A stretch of 64,000 nucleotides of DNA from a candidate division WWE3 bacterium RIFOXYC1_FULL_40_10 (GCA_001773215.1 MEWB01000001.1:614099-678098); one strand, 5' to 3'. Shown: positions 20,392 through 30,634, counted from the first letter of the stretch. Numbers and translations are program-made. Notes: a model not told the origin generated them from the sequence alone.

Positions 20392-20997
20392 CTAAATTTC
20401 TAACCCCAACTGACCATCGGTCGATTGGGAAGTTGTTTCATCTTTCTTATTTATAATTTCATTAAGTACATTTGGAATTCTAACGAAGTCTTTTTTGAAA
20501 GTTTCCATCATGTTTCCATTTCTTAGAGCTGCTGCGGGATGGTAAATGGGATATATATTAAATCCTTTAGTCTGAACAAGGTGTCCTCGATCCCTGGTTA
20601 TTTTCCCATCCGGATAAAAGTAATTCATAGCAAATCTACCTAAAGTCACAACAAGTTTGGGAGAAATGGTATTTAGTTGCAAAGCCAAATATTTCTCACA
20701 AGCTTTTATTTCGTCGGGCAAGGGATCCCTATTTTCCGGAGGGCGGTGCTTTATCACATTGCCAATCCAAACATCCTCTCGGGCATAGCCTATCTTCTTT
20801 AAACCTGCCTCCAGCAACTTCCCGGCCCTACCAACAAAGGGCCTCCCTGTAGCGTCTTCTGTGGCCCCTGGAGCCTCTCCAACGAAAGCAATGGCCGCCT
20901 TAGGATTCCCTTCGCCCGGTACCGGGTTCTTTGCGGCTTCGTACAACCTACAGTTTTTGCAAACTTTAATGTTTGTCGTTATATCTTCAAGTGTCAT
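20392..20997 (-). CDS. udg: Uracil-DNA glycosylase, family 4
   Basis: CKNCRL, VGEAPG, PFVGRAG, RPPENRDP, YHPAAAL. Confidence 0.93.
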   Translation of the reverse strand: MTLEDITTNIKVCKNCRLYEAAKNPVPGEGNPKAAIAFVGEAPGATEDATGRPFVGRAGKLLEAGLKKIGYAREDVWIGNVIKHRPPENRDPLPDEIKACEKYLALQLNTISPKLVVTLGRFAMNYFYPDGKITRDRGHLVQTKGFNIYPIYHPAAALRNGNMMETFKKDFVRIPNVLNEIINKKDETTSQSTDGQLGLEI

Positions 20998-21503
20998 CTA
21001 ATAATCCCCCTGCTTTTTAACAGGTCTAAAATTTTCAGTAATATCTCCCTTTTCTTTTTTTGCCTCATCAAGCTTAACAGCCTTTTAGCTCCAATATATT
21101 CCATCCAAAAATAATCATCAAACCCCGTGTCTTTTACATCTAACCTGCCGGTTTTATGATTAACAACCATAAAGAAATAATGTTTGCCCTTCATTTCCAC
21201 ACCTTTTCCCAAATGAAACTCCATTTCCTCCTTAGTTACATCTTTTGGGAAAAACTCCGCACTTGCTTCACCTATTATTTCAGCTTTCTTCTCACATCCT
21301 GCTGCAAAGCTGTTACCAAGCTCTTCAGAAATTTCGCGGTAAAGAGCTTCCTCAAGATTTTCCTCGAACCTAACTCCCCCTTGGGGAATTAGCCAAAGGT
21401 TGTAGTCCTTTCTATGGAGCAACAACAACTGATTATCAAACACAACACATGCTATTACAGTGGGTCTCATGCCTTCTTTTCTAATTGGTCCTAAATCAAT
21501 CAT
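20994..21503 (-). CDS. NUDIX hydrolase (RppH-like)
   Basis: PQGGVRFEENLEEALYREISEELG NUDIX box. Confidence 0.85.
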   Translation of the reverse strand: MIDLGPIRKEGMRPTVIACVVFDNQLLLLHRKDYNLWLIPQGGVRFEENLEEALYREISEELGNSFAAGCEKKAEIIGEASAEFFPKDVTKEEMEFHLGKGVEMKGKHYFFMVVNHKTGRLDVKDTGFDDYFWMEYIGAKRLLSLMRQKKKREILLKILDLLKSRGIIR

Positions 21504-21507
21504 ATAT

Positions 21508-22569
21508 TTAACTTGGCAAGTAGTGTTTTAAATTTTCGGCAGTGAGGTACACTTTTTTGCTCTTGCCTTCTACTATTTCCTTAGCTACCTTTCGGCAAAT
21601 AGACTCCAGGGTTCTTCCCAAACTTCTAATTCCCGAGTCATATCCAAATGGTCTTACAATTCCTGGCCAGAGATTTGGATCTATCTCCAACTCTCCGGGA
21701 TTTAAACCGGATCTTTCCATTACTTTGGGCATAAGATACTCTTTTGCGATAACCTGTTTTTCCATATCGGTATAGGAAGGCATTTTTATAACTTCCATTC
21801 TATCCATTAATGCTGTTGTTATAGTACCTGTATTATTTGCCGAACAAATAAACAGAACATCCGATAAGTTAACCGGATAATCAATGTAATGATCTCTAAA
21901 TTCAACATTTTGCGCCGGATCCAAAATCTCGAGTAATATGGCCATAATATCGTTTCGTAAACCTGCTTCACCTGAGGCTTTTTCGATCTCATCCAAGAGT
22001 ATTACAGGATTTCTTGTTCCCGTCTTAATCAGTGCCTTAATTATCTGCCCAGGCTCCGCTTCCGGAAAAGCTTTACTCTTTCCTCTAAGTTCCAACGGAC
22101 TTCCAATACCTCCCATGGCAATACGCTGAAACTTTCTTCCCAAAGCTTGGGCAATAGAAATAGATAGTGTAGTTTTACCAACGCCCTGTAAACCAACAAA
22201 AAGCAGTACAGGGGATCTCGCAATGGCGTTTCGGTTTCTCATTTGTAATAACTGCAGTGTTGCCAGGTATTCAATTATTCTCTCCTTAACGTAATCCATT
22301 CCATGGTGACTATTATCCATAAGCTTACGAGCATTTTCTAAATCCAGCTTATCCTCTGTTTTATTCTTCCATGGTATAGAAGCAGTAACTTCGATATATC
22401 TGGATAAAGTATCAAATTCCTCGGCGTAATGGCCTAAATTTGCCATCCTTTCCAAGCGTTGTATCATCTGCTCCAAACGTTCCGACAAATCTTCAGGCAT
22501 TCCCTGAGTCTCAGCGATTATTGTATGAAGTCTTTGAAGCTCCTCGAACGCGTATTTTTTTTGATCCAT
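21508..22569 (-). CDS. Lon-family AAA+ ATPase module without protease domain
   Basis: HHGMDYVKERIIEYLA, GLQGVGKT, NPVILLDEIEK, LLEILDPAQN.EFRDHY; ends right after the AAA lid (NLKHYLPS). Confidence 0.88.
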   Translation of the reverse strand: MDQKKYAFEELQRLHTIIAETQGMPEDLSERLEQMIQRLERMANLGHYAEEFDTLSRYIEVTASIPWKNKTEDKLDLENARKLMDNSHHGMDYVKERIIEYLATLQLLQMRNRNAIARSPVLLFVGLQGVGKTTLSISIAQALGRKFQRIAMGGIGSPLELRGKSKAFPEAEPGQIIKALIKTGTRNPVILLDEIEKASGEAGLRNDIMAILLEILDPAQNVEFRDHYIDYPVNLSDVLFICSANNTGTITTALMDRMEVIKMPSYTDMEKQVIAKEYLMPKVMERSGLNPGELEIDPNLWPGIVRPFGYDSGIRSLGRTLESICRKVAKEIVEGKSKKVYLTAENLKHYLPS

Positions 22570-22584
22570 AGTGTTATTCTACCA

Positions 22585-23538
22585 TCATAAAATTGATATT
22601 TGATTCAATCCCGATTTACTAACCGCTCTTATTAGTTTTGAAAATTCCGGACTGATATTTTCTTGCTTTTCCAATAGGGACAGAACTTTATCCCCCAACA
22701 TGTATATATTCACTCTCCCCAGTCGAGGCGCCAACCGATACATATCATTAAATTTAGAATCGGAGCCTATGTTTCTTGCTATTCCATCCTTCGTATCTAC
22801 TGCTTCTTCTAATAGGCCACTGCTAGAGGAAAATAACACCACCTGATTAGCAACACGGATATTTAGCTGTTCTATATCCGAAAAATCCCCCTGAGTTAAT
22901 TTAGAATCAGGCTTTAAGAACATTATGAGACCGTATTCAACGTTTTCCTCTTTTGGCACTAAAAACAGCACAAAGTTTTGGCGTACAGAATCTTTAAGAA
23001 TTCTATAAACAGGCTTGTATTGGTCATCAAACGCAAACAAAGTCTGTGAAAAACCTTCCAAGTCAGCCCCTTCCACAATAGCCTCAGAGATGTAGGGTAT
23101 ATACTGCTTTGCATCATCCCCCGAAAAACTTCCTGAAGCAAAAGGTATGTCAATATCTAGCAATATAGCCTGCTGTTGAAGCCTAAAGGTGTTATCGATC
23201 GTTTGCTCAGAGCTAGGACCGTCTTCATTGGTGTTTCTTACCGGAAGAAGCCCTGATTTTTGCAAAAAAAGATATGAAATTGTAAAAAAGGCTGTTGAAA
23301 GAATGAGGATCGCCACTAACAACTTGAAATTGATAATATAAAGAGTTTGCTTAAGTGAATTTGAAAAATATCTTAAAAAAGAAACCTTAGCAGATGACGA
23401 CTTATACTCGTGAGTGATTATATATTCATTTGCAGGTTTAGTTAGATCAGTGGGCAATTTTTCCCCACAAAAAGAGCAAAAGTAGGCACTTCCACTGGAT
23501 AATTTAAGTTTGCATTTGGGGCAGAATCTTTCCTTCAT
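22585..23538 (-). CDS. Zinc-ribbon, single-TM hypothetical protein
   Basis: FCPKC...FCSFCG at the N-terminus; hydrophobic helix at about residues 70-92. Confidence 0.75.
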   Translation of the reverse strand: MKERFCPKCKLKLSSGSAYFCSFCGEKLPTDLTKPANEYIITHEYKSSSAKVSFLRYFSNSLKQTLYIINFKLLVAILILSTAFFTISYLFLQKSGLLPVRNTNEDGPSSEQTIDNTFRLQQQAILLDIDIPFASGSFSGDDAKQYIPYISEAIVEGADLEGFSQTLFAFDDQYKPVYRILKDSVRQNFVLFLVPKEENVEYGLIMFLKPDSKLTQGDFSDIEQLNIRVANQVVLFSSSSGLLEEAVDTKDGIARNIGSDSKFNDMYRLAPRLGRVNIYMLGDKVLSLLEKQENISPEFSKLIRAVSKSGLNQISIL

Positions 23539-23567
23539 CTTAGTTCAAGTATAGCGATTCCATAGGT

Positions 23568-23598
23568 GAAAAGCTACGGACGTACTCCGTAGCTTTTC
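23568..23598 (-). terminator. Terminator downstream of pnp
   Basis: Perfect 13-bp inverted repeat GAAAAGCTACGGA/TCCGTAGCTTTTC. Confidence 0.8.
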
Positions 23599-23604
23599 CC
23601 AAGG

Positions 23605-25794
23605 TTACCTTCTATTTCGCCCTCTGCCGTTTCCGCGGCTGTTTCGAGAATCATTTCTTCTAATATAGTCGCCGGAATCCTGACCTTCTGGTTGATCTAA
23701 AGCCTTCTTAGATAAGCTAATTTTTCCGTGTTCTCCTAGGCCTACAACTTTAACTTTCACCTTGTCTCCAACCGAAAAGTGATCCGCCACGTTTTCTACA
23801 TAACTATTGGCTATTTCACTAACATGCAGTAAACCAACTTTACCTGGAAGAATTTCGACCAGTGCACCAAAGTCTAGTAAATCAACAACCTCACCGTCGA
23901 ATATTTCACCTACCTCCACATCTCTAACTAAGGCATTGATTATTTCTAATGCTTTCTGGCTCTTTTCCAATGTATCAGCAGATACAGTGACACTACCATC
24001 ATCTTCGATAAAGATCTCAGAACCGGTTTTTTCCTGTATTTCTTTTATAGTTTTGCCCCCAGAACCGATTATGACGCCAATTTTTTCAACGGCTATAATG
24101 GTTGTCAAAAGTTTAGGCGCAAATTCAGAAACTCCTGCTTTAGGAGTACTTATTGTCTGCTTCATCACATCTAATACCTTTAATCTGGCCTCTCTGGATC
24201 TATCAAATATCTCAGAAACCATTGTAAAAGGTAAACCTGCTACCTTCATATCAACTTGGATAGCTGTCACACCTTCTGCTGTTCCTGCAACTTTAAAATC
24301 CATCACTCCCAATCCATCTTCCAGCCCGTTTAAATCTGTAAGTATTCTATATTTCGAACTTTTCTCGTCGAATACTAATCCCATTGCAATACCGGCAACC
24401 ATTTCCTTAATTGGTACACCAGCATCCATAAGAGCTAAAGTGGAAGCACAAGCTGAGGCCATAGACGAAGACCCGTTTGATGATAATGTTTCTGAAACCA
24501 ACATTACCATATAGGGAAATTCCTTTTGATCGGGTATAACCGGCCTCAAAGCTTTTTCAGCTAACATACCATGTCCAATTTCTCGAGATTTTGGAGCACC
24601 CGTACGTCCAACCTCACCTGTAGCAAAAGGGGCAAAGTTGTAATAGTGAATATATCTTTTGGTTCTCTCACCGTACATATCTTGAATCAACAGCTCCAAA
24701 GAAGGAGATCCTAATGTTGCTACTGTTAGCACCTGGGTTTGTCCTCTTGTGAACAACCCTGTTCCATGTGTTCTTGGTAAAACTCCTATCTTAGCAGTCA
24801 ACTCTCGGATATCTTTTTCACCTCTCCCGTCAACTCTTAAACCTTCTTCCAAAACTAAGGACTTCATAGCTTCCTTTTCCAACTCTTTTAGGGCTCTTTG
24901 CATATCTGATTTCTTATATTTGCCTTCGAAAGTTGTTATCACCTTCTCCTCAATTGATGTCATCGCTTCTTTGAGAGCTTCAGCATCAGATTCTCCTACC
25001 GGTCTAACACTTAACTTAATTTCCTCTCCTGCAAGCTCCCTTATAGCAATAAGCATATCTTCAGGCACAGCTTTAGACTCGTATGCGTATTTTTTGGCTT
25101 GAGGGTTTACCTCATTGGTAAACTCATTTAAAAGTTTGAATATGGGATCCGACTTGTCTCTTCCAAAATTGATAGCACTTAAAACTTTATCCTCGGGTAG
25201 CATATTGATCTCTGCTTCTAATGCCAACAATCTCTTGTCTTCGCCTACAAAAGACAGCATCATATCCAGTTGATCGGCTCTTAATTCCGAACTACTTGGA
25301 GGGTTAATTGTCATTTCGTCACCTTTTATTCCAACCCTAATTGATGCCATAGGTCCATTCCACGGAATGTCGCTGGCTGTTAAAGCAGCAGAAGTTGCCA
25401 CCATACTTAATACTTCTGGGTCACAGCAAGCGTCCAAAGAGAGTACTGTAACAATAACCTGAACCTCATCCATGTAATCCTTAGGAAATAGCGGTCTTAT
25501 CGCATGGTCTATTAATCTCTTTGTTATTACCGCCTCGTCTGTACCTTTTCCATCCCTTTTTACAAATCTTGAAGACTTAATTGTTCCGCTGGCGTACAGT
25601 TTTTCTTCATAATTTACCGTTAAAGGAAAAAAGTCTATATCTGGGGCTGCAACACCCGATACAACAGTGACTAATACAACTGTATCGCCATACGAGGCTT
25701 TTACTGCCATATTAGCTCTACTTGCCAGCTCACCTGTTTCGAGTACCAATTTTTTACCGTTAATTTCTACTTCTTTTACGATTTTTTTTATCAT
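23605..25794 (-). CDS. pnp: Polyribonucleotide nucleotidyltransferase
   Basis: DFFPLTVNYEE, FTRGQTQ, REIGHGMLAEKAL, SSNGSSSMAS, KH and S1 domains. Confidence 0.98.
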   Translation of the reverse strand: MIKKIVKEVEINGKKLVLETGELASRANMAVKASYGDTVVLVTVVSGVAAPDIDFFPLTVNYEEKLYASGTIKSSRFVKRDGKGTDEAVITKRLIDHAIRPLFPKDYMDEVQVIVTVLSLDACCDPEVLSMVATSAALTASDIPWNGPMASIRVGIKGDEMTINPPSSSELRADQLDMMLSFVGEDKRLLALEAEINMLPEDKVLSAINFGRDKSDPIFKLLNEFTNEVNPQAKKYAYESKAVPEDMLIAIRELAGEEIKLSVRPVGESDAEALKEAMTSIEEKVITTFEGKYKKSDMQRALKELEKEAMKSLVLEEGLRVDGRGEKDIRELTAKIGVLPRTHGTGLFTRGQTQVLTVATLGSPSLELLIQDMYGERTKRYIHYYNFAPFATGEVGRTGAPKSREIGHGMLAEKALRPVIPDQKEFPYMVMLVSETLSSNGSSSMASACASTLALMDAGVPIKEMVAGIAMGLVFDEKSSKYRILTDLNGLEDGLGVMDFKVAGTAEGVTAIQVDMKVAGLPFTMVSEIFDRSREARLKVLDVMKQTISTPKAGVSEFAPKLLTTIIAVEKIGVIIGSGGKTIKEIQEKTGSEIFIEDDGSVTVSADTLEKSQKALEIINALVRDVEVGEIFDGEVVDLLDFGALVEILPGKVGLLHVSEIANSYVENVADHFSVGDKVKVKVVGLGEHGKISLSKKALDQPEGQDSGDYIRRNDSRNSRGNGRGRNRR

Positions 25795-25906
25795 ATTTAT
25801 TTTTCTAACTTTTGGTGATTTTAAAAGGGTTTAGGGATAAAATGCTGAGCACTGTTAAAATGCACAATACCTTATCACTAACCTTTCCAAATCCCAAAGA
25901 TTTAAA

Positions 25907-26176
25907 TTATTTACTTAGTTCTACCTTCTCCAATAGAGAAGTATACCTCTTTTCATCTTTCTTTTTTAGATATGCCAACAGTCTTCGTCTCTTATTAACC
26001 ATTTGAAGTAATCCTCTTCTGGAGTGATTATCTTTTTTATGGTCTTTTAAATGAGCGGATAATCTGTTGATCTTCTCGCTTAACAGTGCAACCTGCACTT
26101 CCGGAGACCCGGTATCGGCTTCATGCAATCTGTTACCTTTTATTATCTTTTGCTTTTTTTCTTGCTGTAATGGCAT
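25907..26176 (-). CDS. rpsO: 30S ribosomal protein S15
   Basis: [27 protein letters not shown]. Confidence 0.98.
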   Translation of the reverse strand: MPLQQEKKQKIIKGNRLHEADTGSPEVQVALLSEKINRLSAHLKDHKKDNHSRRGLLQMVNKRRRLLAYLKKKDEKRYTSLLEKVELSK

Positions 26177-26217
26177 ATACGACAATGTATGTTAGCAAAC
26201 ATTATCAATAAAATCAA

Positions 26218-26835
26218 CTACATAGTTTTATTCACTATTCCCTTTAGCAAGGCCTTAGCCGCGATTTCGTCGGCTTTTAATCCAAGTTTATAAGCGTTAT
26301 TTAAAACAAACAAACTAAGTACACTTGTTTCGGCTCCGGTGATATTAAAAGTCCCATAATTAGTGTTATCTATTGAGTTGTCAAAATTTACTAGCTTCAC
26401 ATTCTTTAATACGTCTTGAAATTTACCTAATTTCTCCTGAGTAGGCACACCTACAGATAGTACTAAATCAAAATCAGATCCTTTAATAATTGGTATTACC
26501 TTTGAAATGTCGAAATCTTTGTTTATCGGGCTAACACTTAGGTATAAAGTTTGGTCTTCGGTGTAATAATGAACTTTCGACGCCTGAGTTCCGGAATAAT
26601 CAATTGAAACAAGTAGTTCTCTCTGTTGTAGCTCTTTTTGTACTTCTGTCTCACCAATAATATCTTTACAATCCTCAGGTATCTCGCCATCAAATAAGAA
26701 GGTACAATTTTTTTGCTTTGCCATAACCATCCTCATTACTCCAACACCGGCACAAAACTTGTCTATAGAGGAATCAGCAGGAATGACCACTGCTATATTA
26801 TTTGAATTTACGATAAGATCTTTAATTTCAGCCAT
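26218..26835 (-). CDS. Degenerate DHH (NrnA-like) family protein
   Basis: Sits where nrnA usually follows infB; DHH-like topology (IAVVIP...D...G, FDLVLSV, LVNFDN) but the catalytic DxD and DHH motifs are lost. Likely start MAEIK at 26835. Confidence 0.6.
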   Translation of the reverse strand: MAEIKDLIVNSNNIAVVIPADSSIDKFCAGVGVMRMVMAKQKNCTFLFDGEIPEDCKDIIGETEVQKELQQRELLVSIDYSGTQASKVHYYTEDQTLYLSVSPINKDFDISKVIPIIKGSDFDLVLSVGVPTQEKLGKFQDVLKNVKLVNFDNSIDNTNYGTFNITGAETSVLSLFVLNNAYKLGLKADEIAAKALLKGIVNKTM

Positions 26836-26839
26836 ACTA

Positions 26840-28333
26840 TTAAATTGCTTCAATCCACAGATCTCTCTGGATAGCATCAAATTGCGGCTTAAGTAAAACA
26901 CCACACTCTGTATCTCTACCTGCAACCGTAATATCATCCTGTCCTCGTTTGAGCTTCTTAATAGATCCCCTATATAAGGGCTCGTCTTCGACTTTAAGTT
27001 CCGCAGGATCTTTGTCGTAGATGGCTATTCTCATATCTGGCTTTAGGGATCCTGCAATTACCTTACACCCCGCTATAACGTCCCCTGACTCTAATTTGAA
27101 AAGTTTTACTATCTGAGCTCGGCCCTTAATTTTTGCTTCCTCTTCCACTGCGGTACCCTCTAATATTTTTTTGGCATAATCAATCAAATCGTAAATAGTT
27201 TGAAAGGACTTCACTGTTACTTTCTGGCTATCTGCCAAATCTTTAACATTTCCGGATATCCTGGCGTTAAAACCTAAAACAATTCCCTTTGCTCCTCCCG
27301 CTAGTATTACGTCGGAATCGTTAATATCGCCTGTGCCTGTATGTAAAAACTTAAGCGCGTATGTTGCCTCTACCGATTTAGAAACTAATTCAGCTAAGCT
27401 GGCTTTTATTGCCTCCAAAGTACCGGCAGTATCCGACTTTAAAACAAGCCCAATAGCCTTTTTACTTTTTTGTCCCAAAATTGTAAGCTCATCATCCATA
27501 GCAGAAAGTTCCGCCAGTTCACTGCCTTTTGATACAATTAAATCCCCAACTTTAGGCATATCTTTAAAACCGAGTATTTCCACCGGTGTAGAAGGATAGG
27601 CTTCGGAAACTGAGCTACCCTTTTCATCCAGCAACAGTTTTATTTTGGCCTCGTGGCCGCCTGCCACAATTTGGTCCCCAATCCTCAGAATGCCATTTTT
27701 AACGATACAAGTTACAACATACCCTTTTTGCCTATCCAAACGGGATTCTACAATTATTGCTTCCTTTTCGCTTTCGGAGGATCCTTTTATTTCCATTATT
27801 TCCGCTTGAGCCAAAATTGCATCCAGTAAGTTTTCAATTCCTTGTCCCGTCTTCGCTGAAACCGGAACACAAACTATATCTCCTCCCCAATCCTCAACTA
27901 ATATATTCTCACTAGCCAATTGCTGCTTGGTTTTTTGCAAATCTGCTCCGGGTAGATCAATTTTATTAATTGCTACTATCAACGGAGTCTTTGCGCTTTT
28001 AATATGGGAAATTGCTTCTTTAGTCTGGGGTTTTACTCCCTCTTCCGCGGCCACTACCAATATAACAATATCTGCTGCCTTCCCACCCCTCGCTCTCATT
28101 TGTACAAAGGCTTCGTGCCCGGGGGTATCGATAAATGTTATTACACTGTTTTTGTGAGTTACTTGATAAGCACCTATATGCTGAGTAATACCGGCATACT
28201 CTTTGGCCTGAACATTTGTTTTGCGAATAAAGTCGAGAATACTGGTCTTTCCATGATCGACATGGCCCATAACCGTAACAATAGGGGGTCTAATCTTCTT
28301 GTATTCAGTTTTTGCTCGCATTTGTTTATCCAT
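26840..28333 (-). CDS. infB: Translation initiation factor IF-2 (short form)
   Basis: RPPIVTVMGHVDHGKT, GITQHIGAY, DTPGHEAF, NKID. Confidence 0.97.
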   Translation of the reverse strand: MDKQMRAKTEYKKIRPPIVTVMGHVDHGKTSILDFIRKTNVQAKEYAGITQHIGAYQVTHKNSVITFIDTPGHEAFVQMRARGGKAADIVILVVAAEEGVKPQTKEAISHIKSAKTPLIVAINKIDLPGADLQKTKQQLASENILVEDWGGDIVCVPVSAKTGQGIENLLDAILAQAEIMEIKGSSESEKEAIIVESRLDRQKGYVVTCIVKNGILRIGDQIVAGGHEAKIKLLLDEKGSSVSEAYPSTPVEILGFKDMPKVGDLIVSKGSELAELSAMDDELTILGQKSKKAIGLVLKSDTAGTLEAIKASLAELVSKSVEATYALKFLHTGTGDINDSDVILAGGAKGIVLGFNARISGNVKDLADSQKVTVKSFQTIYDLIDYAKKILEGTAVEEEAKIKGRAQIVKLFKLESGDVIAGCKVIAGSLKPDMRIAIYDKDPAELKVEDEPLYRGSIKKLKRGQDDITVAGRDTECGVLLKPQFDAIQRDLWIEAI

Positions 28334-28372
28334 AAATTTGTCGAAAACATATTAAGCTTAGTTAGCTCAAAG

Positions 28373-29503
28373 TTATTCCACATTTTCGGTTTTTTCTTCT
28401 GAAGCGGCTTTTTCTTCGGCCTTAGCGATCTTATCAGCAGCTTCCTGTTCGTTTACTTTTTGTATGGCTGCATCCCAAATTCCCACTATTTTCTTTTCAG
28501 ACTTCTCGGCTTGGTCTTTATTTCCTTCGGTTGCGGCAAAAGTCCCCGCAGCACCTTTAATGTCGATCTTCCACTTTGTTAGTTTGTTTGCCAATCTTGC
28601 ATTTTGCCCATCTTTGCCTATAGCTAAACTTTGCTGATCCTCCGGAACGGTCACAATTGCTCTATTCTCCTCTTTGTCCAAAACAACCTCCGTAACCTTA
28701 GAAGGTGCCAAACTTGCAGCTATAAACTTTTCAGTAATTATAGAAAAAGGCACGATATCAATTTTTTCCCCAAACAGCTCGCTTATTATAGATTGCACTC
28801 GAACGCCTTTTTGGCCTACACAACTTCCTACAGGATCTATTTTAGGATCTTTGGAAGAAACTGCAATTTTTGTTCTTGAACCGGCTTCTCTGGCAATAGC
28901 TTCTATAACAACTGTGCCTGTAGCTATCTCAGGAACTTCCTGCTCAAACAACCTGGCTACAAACTGAGGATCAGATCTGCTTACAATTATTTCTGTACCA
29001 CGCCCCGGATTTTGTCTAATATCTTTAACTAGAACCTTAATCTTTTGGTTTAATCTATAAACTTCCGAAGAAACCTGTTCGCTTTGAGGCATAACTCCCT
29101 GCGCCTTATTTTTCCCCAGGTCCATTATCACCAATTTCTCATCTACTCTAAACACCGTCCCGATCACGATTTGGCCTATTTTTTCGTGAAATTCTTCGAA
29201 CAAAACTTCCTTTTCGGTTTCTCTTATCTTTTGAAGTATAACTTGCTTGGCTGTTTGTGCCGCAATCCTTCCAAAACCCGAAGGAGTAACATCGGAACCA
29301 TCTTTTAATATCTTCATTTCACCTGTGTCAGGGTTTACTTCGGCCTCAAATTCCTCAACCTCAACATCCTCACCGGCTTCTTTTCTATCTTTTTTATAAG
29401 CAGTTAAAAGGGCCATCTTAATAGACTCTATAACACTGTCAACGGGAATTCCCCGCTCAGTAGCCACTTGGTTTAACGCTGCACTAAATTCTGTTATTGC
29501 CAT
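28373..29503 (-). CDS. nusA: Transcription factor NusA
   Basis: FGRIAAQTAKQVILQ, AREAGSRTKIAV, LAIGKDGQNARLA. Confidence 0.98.
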   Translation of the reverse strand: MAITEFSAALNQVATERGIPVDSVIESIKMALLTAYKKDRKEAGEDVEVEEFEAEVNPDTGEMKILKDGSDVTPSGFGRIAAQTAKQVILQKIRETEKEVLFEEFHEKIGQIVIGTVFRVDEKLVIMDLGKNKAQGVMPQSEQVSSEVYRLNQKIKVLVKDIRQNPGRGTEIIVSRSDPQFVARLFEQEVPEIATGTVVIEAIAREAGSRTKIAVSSKDPKIDPVGSCVGQKGVRVQSIISELFGEKIDIVPFSIITEKFIAASLAPSKVTEVVLDKEENRAIVTVPEDQQSLAIGKDGQNARLANKLTKWKIDIKGAAGTFAATEGNKDQAEKSEKKIVGIWDAAIQKVNEQEAADKIAKAEEKAASEEKTENVE

Positions 29504-29520
29504 ATATACCTATTATATTC

Positions 29521-29547
29521 AAAAAGGCGGGACTTTTCACCCACCTA
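29521..29547 (-). promoter_or_regulatory. nusA leader attenuator hairpin (rimP-leader-like)
   Basis: Minus strand AGGTGGG-tgaaaagt-CCCGCCTTTTT, about 18 nt before the nusA ATG; resembles the GUGGG...CCCAC-U-tract leader of rimP-nusA operons. Confidence 0.65.
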
Positions 29548-29607
29548 AATAAATCTATACATAAACTAACATGTGTATACTACTACATTTACGCCAACAA
29601 TACCATA

Positions 29608-30528
29608 CTAGGCCTTCTGATACTCCTCGAGTAAACTTCTCTGCTTTCTGTTTAGCCTTTGTGGGATTTTTATGGCTACCTGCACCAAAGCACTACCTCT
29701 GGCGGAAGAGTTTACCTTTGGCAAGCCTTTCCCTTTTATAAGAAACTTTGTATTAGGCTGGGTACCTGCGGGTATTTTGAGCTGGGTTTTCCCAATACCC
29801 GTACGAGAATTAGTGTCAACAACCGGAATTTCGACATTGCCTCCCAAAGCGGCTGTTATAAAATCCAGTTCAAGTGAAATTACAATGTCTGATCCCACTA
29901 TTGAAAACTCACGAGGCGATTTAACTCTTACACTGATGTATAAGTCTCCTTTTGGAATATCCGCCGACTGGCCTGCCATCCCTTTTCCCGAAAATTTAAT
30001 CTCTGTCCCGTCTCTAATCCCAGCGGGAATTTTTATTTTCACGTTTCCACTTTCAATCCTTATATCCCTTTCTATGCCTAATACTGCATCACTAAATTCA
30101 ATGTGTAGCTCGTAATATAAGTTTTTGCCCTGCTTTGGTCTTCTATTTCCGCCATATCCTCTAAACCCGAATATCTCTTCAAACACATCAAAGGGGTCAA
30201 AACCCCCACCCATATCAAAAGGGTTTCCGCCTGCCGAATATGAATATGTAAATGGCCCCCAAGAACCCCCGGCTTGGCCATTTCCCGGTTGTCCGCCCAT
30301 TCCTGCATGGCCAAACTGATCGTACATTTTTCGTTTTTGTGGATCACTTAAAATTTGATATGCCTCATTAATCTCTTTAAATTTCCTCTCAGCTTGCTCC
30401 TTATCCTCTCTAGCCACCATATCAGGATGGTGAGCTTTGGCCATTTTTTTATAGGCCTGCTTTATATCGCTATCACTAGCAGTCTTTGGAACTCCCAGTA
30501 TTTCGTAGTAATCTATCTTAGTTGACAT
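29608..30528 (-). CDS. dnaJ: Class B J-domain chaperone (DnaJ/CbpA-like, no zinc finger)
   Basis: DYYEILGV, HHPD, FKEINEAYQILSD, G/F region and C-terminal domain; no CxxCxGxG repeats. Confidence 0.9.
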   Translation of the reverse strand: MSTKIDYYEILGVPKTASDSDIKQAYKKMAKAHHPDMVAREDKEQAERKFKEINEAYQILSDPQKRKMYDQFGHAGMGGQPGNGQAGGSWGPFTYSYSAGGNPFDMGGGFDPFDVFEEIFGFRGYGGNRRPKQGKNLYYELHIEFSDAVLGIERDIRIESGNVKIKIPAGIRDGTEIKFSGKGMAGQSADIPKGDLYISVRVKSPREFSIVGSDIVISLELDFITAALGGNVEIPVVDTNSRTGIGKTQLKIPAGTQPNTKFLIKGKGLPKVNSSARGSALVQVAIKIPQRLNRKQRSLLEEYQKA

Positions 30529-30574
30529 AACGTTGTTTATTCTAGCACCCGGATTTTAAGATTGCCAGGGCAAT

Positions 30575-30603
30575 TTGCCTATAATACTACGGGATAGTAT
30601 AAT
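30575..30603 (+). promoter_or_regulatory. Sigma70 promoter
   Basis: TTGCCT-17 nt-TATAAT. Confidence 0.65.
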
Positions 30604-30634
30604 GCCAGAAATATCACAAAAGGAGATAGCTTTT

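Noticed and set aside
23807-24514. 235-aa plus-strand ORF and similar antisense ORFs over recA, ftsK, clp and dnaJ
   Set aside because: Shadow frames opposite well-conserved genes, with Ser/Ile/Pro-rich composition.
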